NCBI GenBank assembly: GCA_951406725.2
Contig: OX597833.1
Location: forward strand, 35,464,001-35,528,000
DNA from: Octopus vulgaris
Taxonomy: Eukaryota
Direction of reading: 5' to 3'
DNA: 64,000 nucleotides
The stretch's first letter is position 1. Each line of letters begins with the position of its first letter. Under the pieces are notes generated by a model. That model ran no database searches. It saw only the letters and a program-made list of their open reading frames with translations, and was not told where the DNA came from. This document shows, in pieces, positions 58,266 to 64,000 of the stretch. The translations under genes were made by a program, and so were the position numbers.

Positions 58266-59953
58266 AAATCTCTATTGAAACAATTCTATCAATATAATTA
58301 TCAGAATATTTTTATCTCTGTTTGTCCGTCCCTCCAAGGGAGATAACTCTGATAATTTTCGGTTTATTTCCATTGGTTACATACTATGGTGTTACCAGCC
58401 AGATGACGGGTACTTTTGGTAATACTCGTTTGCTATTGTTAGTCATATCAAGTAATGTTAAATAGTGGTTAAATAAGTATTATTGTTGTTTATAACATAT
58501 AGTTATTGCTGATATATGAATGAAATTTTTCTTTTATCTAATTTTCATTTGATGAATATTTCTATTCCAAAATTAGTTTTGCTTTCATTATTTTGTACAA
58601 GTACCATAAAATTTGGATAATTTAAAAATTGACAATAGTATCTATGTAGCATTAACTGGCGGTAATTCCTGTGATAAATGAATACTCTCAAAATTATCTG
58701 TCAAATGACGGTTAATACTCTAGTATTTAATATATGACAGTAGTCGTGAGTTGACTGATTCCCTAATTTATTCAGCAAAGACAAGGAAGTCCGGGATCAG
58801 CTTGAGCAACAATATATTCAACCTAAGACAAGTTTCATGGGAGAAAATGAATGGAGAATACTGCTTTTGCCACCGGCCGTCTCTTTATTCACCAGTTCCG
58901 TTCACTTCAAAACAAAAGTTCATACATTTGTAACCGGATCATATTCAGAATATTTTTTTGAAAATACTTATCGAAATGTAATTTTCCCTCCTGTTCCAGA
59001 GAGTAGCACGTGACCTCAGCTGATGTGAAATATAGGCCAATGACGCTTCAGAGAAACAATGAGTACATCCTGTTGCTCTAATTCATTCTCCAATCTACCT
59101 CATTCGCAAACATTTGTGCACGCGATTTTTTGGCGTTCCTGATTAACAAATGACTTTCGAAATTACGAGGAAAATGGACTCGTAATTTTGAACTCTGTAC
59201 TTGTAACCGAAATTATCGTTTGGTATATCCCGTTTACACTATGTACAACTCTTACAATTTCTACTATACATTAAGCTTATTATTATTATTATAACTGGAT
59301 TGCAGATGACAAAATATCAAAATATAAATCCGGTTAAAATCATGTCCTCTCAATACGCGTGCGAAAATTTTAGACATCAGGGAAGCATCAGGTGTAATAT
59401 TTAGCATAACGATTCCAATGATAAATCTCCAAAAAGACAGAAATATGTTGTTACATATTTGAATAATATAACTTTACAAATCAAGAAAAAAATTTATCTT
59501 AGTTTTTTTTTTTATTTCCTGTTTTTATGGATCTTTTCTCTCTCAGACTGGTCAGAAATCACGTTCATAGGTTAAGAAAATCAAAACAAAAATGATACGG
59601 ATTATAATGATAGAGGAGGCAGTCACCATTCCACCGCAAAAAAACACTATGGTTATCCTATTTATTATTTTTACCTTTTTAGGAGATCACATTCCTTAAG
59701 TGCTAGGTAACTTTATTGAGATGCATTTTTGTTGTATCATCGCAAGACCCAGCAGTGAATTTGTGATATAGCTGTTCTATGCCGGAATAAACAATTTCAA
59801 TGGCCCGGCTAAACGTGTAAAAATAGCTGCATTTGTAATAATGCATGTCTAAGAATATGTACACGTGTGATATGTGTGTGTGAGAGAGAGGGAAAGAGTG
59901 GAGGCGAGATAAAGTGTGAGAGAGAGAGTGAGAGATAGAGATAGAGGAGACAG

Positions 59954-60026
<73 letters not shown>

Positions 60027-60632
60027 GAAAGAGAAAGAGAGAGATCAGTCAGCTAGACAAAAAGTCACTTTCGCAAGTGCGTTTTTCTACTATCCAAGTA
60101 ATATTCAACTTCACTTTGTTATAAATTTAAAAAATCCAAAAGAACCAAGTAGAACGTGTATATATATAATTGGTAATATAAACAGTAACAACTTGACACT
60201 AATAAGATAAAAGATTGAATGTAACTTTAATAAACATGTCATGGATTTACGTACAGTAAAAACACGCGATACTTACAATATGTTTTAATATTCAAGGTAT
60301 GTAAATAATGCCACCAAACTGTTCTGAGACCAACTCACACACTGACATACTTACATAAACATAAATAATGAAACTGTGGGAAGAAAGCAATACGAAAACG
60401 TTGTGGTTAAACTAATAGCTTTACACAGTCGTAAAATTTTCAACATGCCTACGAGTTTAGGAAGAAGTTAGAGAAACTTATAAAGGCTATAGACCCCAAC
60501 AATAACCTCTAAAAAAGTGAAACAACATAACTGAAGCTTTCAAAATTCTCGAGTGAAATAATGTAATAAGAAAAAAAAAAACACTGAATGGGGAAAAGTA
60601 GAAGCTAAATAAACGTAAATATATATATATAT

Positions 60633-62023
60633 ATGGAATGGGAAGAACTAATGAATAAAATATGTAGTCTTATATATGTTGTAAATGATGCAAAAAATAG
60701 TCCTAGAAAATGTATACTGAAGAGAGAAACCATTTGAAGCATTAACAAAAAGTTTAAATAAAATATCAACACTAAACACTTCAAGAGCTTCAATGAGGAG
60801 TTGGAGAAAGTGTTTGACCAAGTTGAAATCATTCTGAAAGTTTTAGATTGTCTTGGATCACCTGATACAAAGTGTATCGAAGTTATAATGGCTCACTCAT
60901 CGTCCCTTGAAAAATATGGAATATGGAAATGTTTGCACATAAAGCTTCTACAGATTCCTCAAAAAGATAAAGAATGTTGTGTTTTTGGAGATATAAATAT
61001 GTCTAGTAATTGTATTAAATCAGACATTTTACTAAAGTTGGTTGACGATGTCTTTCAGAGGGCATCAAACAGCCACAAAATTTTGTTAGTTTTATTCCAA
61101 ACTCTTACAGAAGTAGGCGTCCTTAATAAATTTAAGTGTTTTCTTGAATACAATATTGGCAACTTGCCCCGAGTTTTCAAGGAGATGTAAGAAAAGCTTA
61201 AGTTTATGAAACTATTTGACAGATCTGTTGCTGTTTAATAATCCTCCAGATGCTTCTCTAATCCATAATATTTGTACCAAAGCTTCAGAAATCGATGACC
61301 TCTCCCTCTCTTTTGACAACAATACCATTTCCAGTTGATTATGTTAAGCCATTCTATTCCCAAATACAATGGAATATTTTGCTATTGTTGCTTGAAAATT
61401 GGATCATCTCAAAAGAGAACTTGGAAGGACGATTGTCATGAAAGTTGCAAAGGTTATTTTACAACAGTAGAACAGTCATTGTTTTTACAAGTGATGGTCT
61501 TCACCAATTATCTAGAAGACTTGTTAGTGTAGAAATTATAAAATAGTAAATATATATATATATAATAACAGCAACAACAATAACAACAGCAAAAACAACA
61601 ACAACAACAACAACAGCAACAACAACAACAACAATAATAATAAAAATAAATCTTTAAAGAACATGACCATGCTTTAACTAGTCTAAGGAAACTATATTTC
61701 GTTCCCAAAATACGCATATTGTAAGAGTTACTGTTCAAAATCTTGGAGAAAGTACCACTAATGATGTTAAAACCAATAATGAAAAACATTTGATTACAAA
61801 GAGTAAAAATTCCAAAAGAAAAAAGAGATAAAGAAGAAACAATACGATACTGGCTGAATACACCTTCAAAACCGTCCATTCATCAAATTGCTGGTTACAT
61901 GGTATACCATGTCTATCTCTTTTCAACTAATACTAAACTTAATTTTTCCAGAATATTAACATTGAATAAATTCGAAATCTGTACTTTAAGATGCGGTGTT
62001 GTACAAGCTGAGCTTGATGATTA
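60633..62023 (+). pseudogene. Intronless relic ORF with in-frame stops and a frameshift, unknown protein
   Basis: ATG 60633 is in frame with ORF 60801-61190 across two stops (MEWEELMNKICSLIY...NEELEKVFDQVEIILKVLDCL...VFKEM*EKLKFMKL). Protein-like reading resumes after a frameshift and after the (CAA)n insertion (IFKEHDHALTSLRKLYF...ELLFKILEKVPLMMLKPIMK...EETIRYWLN). Confidence 0.45.
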
Positions 62024-62697
62024 AAGACATAATTGATATATTGTTGAACGAATATAGTTGAGATGAACTACAAAACTTTTATAGAAAATATCCAAAACTG
62101 TCGCTCAGACAGACACAGCAGTCTTTGTGAGAACACAACTCTGACAATCGTCTGCTTGTTTTCAATGACGTAAAGTGATGAATTTGATATGGCGATAGAT
62201 ATTTTCCAAAACTGAATTCACATATTTCTTGATATAGCTTTCCTGAACAGTTTTGATTAAATTTTCTTTTATATTTCGGCTATGGCTAAGTAGGATTACA
62301 AAACAGAAAGCATGCTATAAATTAGAGCAACTGACATTTTTAAAAACCTTTTTGAGTTTCATCGAACAGCATAGATTTTATTGCCTCTGTTCACAAACTC
62401 TCAACGCAGGCTGTAAAATCAGTCGTTACGTAAGCAAGCAAATTTATTCATTTGTAATTCGTTCTGAAGTCGATATGAACAATAAATAGTTCAATAACGT
62501 ATCTGGCCATTAATCACCAAGATCCCCTTGTTCAAAACCGCTAATAGAATTACAAGACACTGATGCACGCTTTCAACAAAAACTACGCATGTTCAGTTGG
62601 TGCAGTGCTCTACTATACGCTGTTCATTCTAATGGGTACAAGATAAACTATTCATAAATATATTTCCCACTATATATATATGTGTTACTATATATAC

Positions 62698-62733
<36 letters not shown>

Positions 62734-62918
62734 GTGCATACATATATTAACATTAATGCCATGTGATTGTGAATATACATATCACTGTCACCATCCAGTC
62801 ATCTCGGTATTCCATCACCGGAAGTTTCTCACTCAATTTTCTTATCTGTTGTGGCTCAAAGTAATAGAAGCTGTTCTGGCAAAGTAAATTTCTTATACAC
62901 AAACCCAATTTAAGTGTC

Positions 62919-62978
<60 letters not shown>

Positions 62979-63494
62979 GATATATGTGCTCGCGTGTATA
63001 AGTGTGTGTGGTGTATGTGTGTGTGTGTGTTGTGTGTGAGCGAGAAAAAGGCACAGCATAAAAGTAAAGTATGCGTGCAGATTTACAATTTTGTGAAAAC
63101 ACGTGACATCTAACTATAACTATAAAGAATTATAATAGTAACTTGACAGATTTCGGTTCGATTTCCTGTGTCTCCTTTCGATTAGCGTTTCGTTTTTTTT
63201 TTTCTTGCATATCTAGGAGATAGTTTCAAAGAAAAGGAAAGCATAGATGATATATATGTTTGCATAAATCTGGCTATACATTCAGGCCAGATGAGCAGTG
63301 TAGGCTCCATTGCAACTGAAAACCGAATTACTCGTGAAGTGTTTTGGTAATCTGTGTTAAATATAGATGATTTACTTAAGAGTTAGCTCTATAGGTATGT
63401 GTTCTCTCTTTGCCACTAACATTGGTGAAGGGAGAACCTGAAGTCCATGGCTCATACCATTGGCTTCAACTTTATCCATATCTGGTCAGGCGTG

Positions 63495-63648
<154 letters not shown>

Positions 63649-64000
63649 GTATGTATATGTATGTATGTGTATGTATATGCGTGTGTGATTGCATATATGC
63701 ATCTGTGTATGTGAATTTGTCTCGAATAATGCGGTCCAGATCAAATTGTCTTGTAAATACACACATATGTACATACCCTTACATATATTTAGATTACAAA
63801 CATTCAGGCATACATACATGCATACATACATATATATACATACATACATAGATAAACCTCGTAACTCAAATATGAAGCCACCATTAATGTAATGGACACG
63901 GGAAGTTAACTCGCCGGCAGTTAATGATACTTATTTAATTATTTCGCAGCGAACAACAGTTTATTTGAATCCAAAGAGTACAACATGAAATAAAACAACT

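Overview
AT-rich animal genomic DNA, not prokaryotic. A very large share is simple repeat: (TA)n, (CA)n, (TATC)n, (TATG)n and (GA)n. The tRNA-derived SINE families and the microsatellite load look like coleoid cephalopod (Octopus-type) DNA; this is from recall, not a search. Nearly all ORFs in the supplied track are microsatellite artefacts. Supportable content: (1) about 20 SINE copies or fragments from three families; (2) two decayed Tc1/mariner transposons with terminal inverted repeats (TIRs), a maT/DD37D-like one at 1.8-2.9 kb and a DD34D mariner at 53.6-54.5 kb, plus two MITEs; (3) decayed LINE fragments, RTE at 8.4-9.7 and 56.5-57.1 kb and CR1/L2-type at 57.6-58.3 kb; (4) Penelope-like remnants carrying degenerate minimal hammerhead-ribozyme motifs; (5) a few isolated candidate exons (+ strand 29599-29711 and 30877-30957; - strand 46357-46582 and 20947-21063) whose products I cannot name; (6) a ~1.4-kb intronless, stop-ridden relic ORF at 60.6-62.0 kb; (7) two old degenerate minisatellites with ~39-bp and ~34-bp units. 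No complete gene, rRNA, intact tRNA or CRISPR array is supported, and I found no convincing novel multi-gene system. The best leads are the hammerhead-like motifs, a paired miR-1/miR-133 5'-end match, the orphan exons and the relic ORF.
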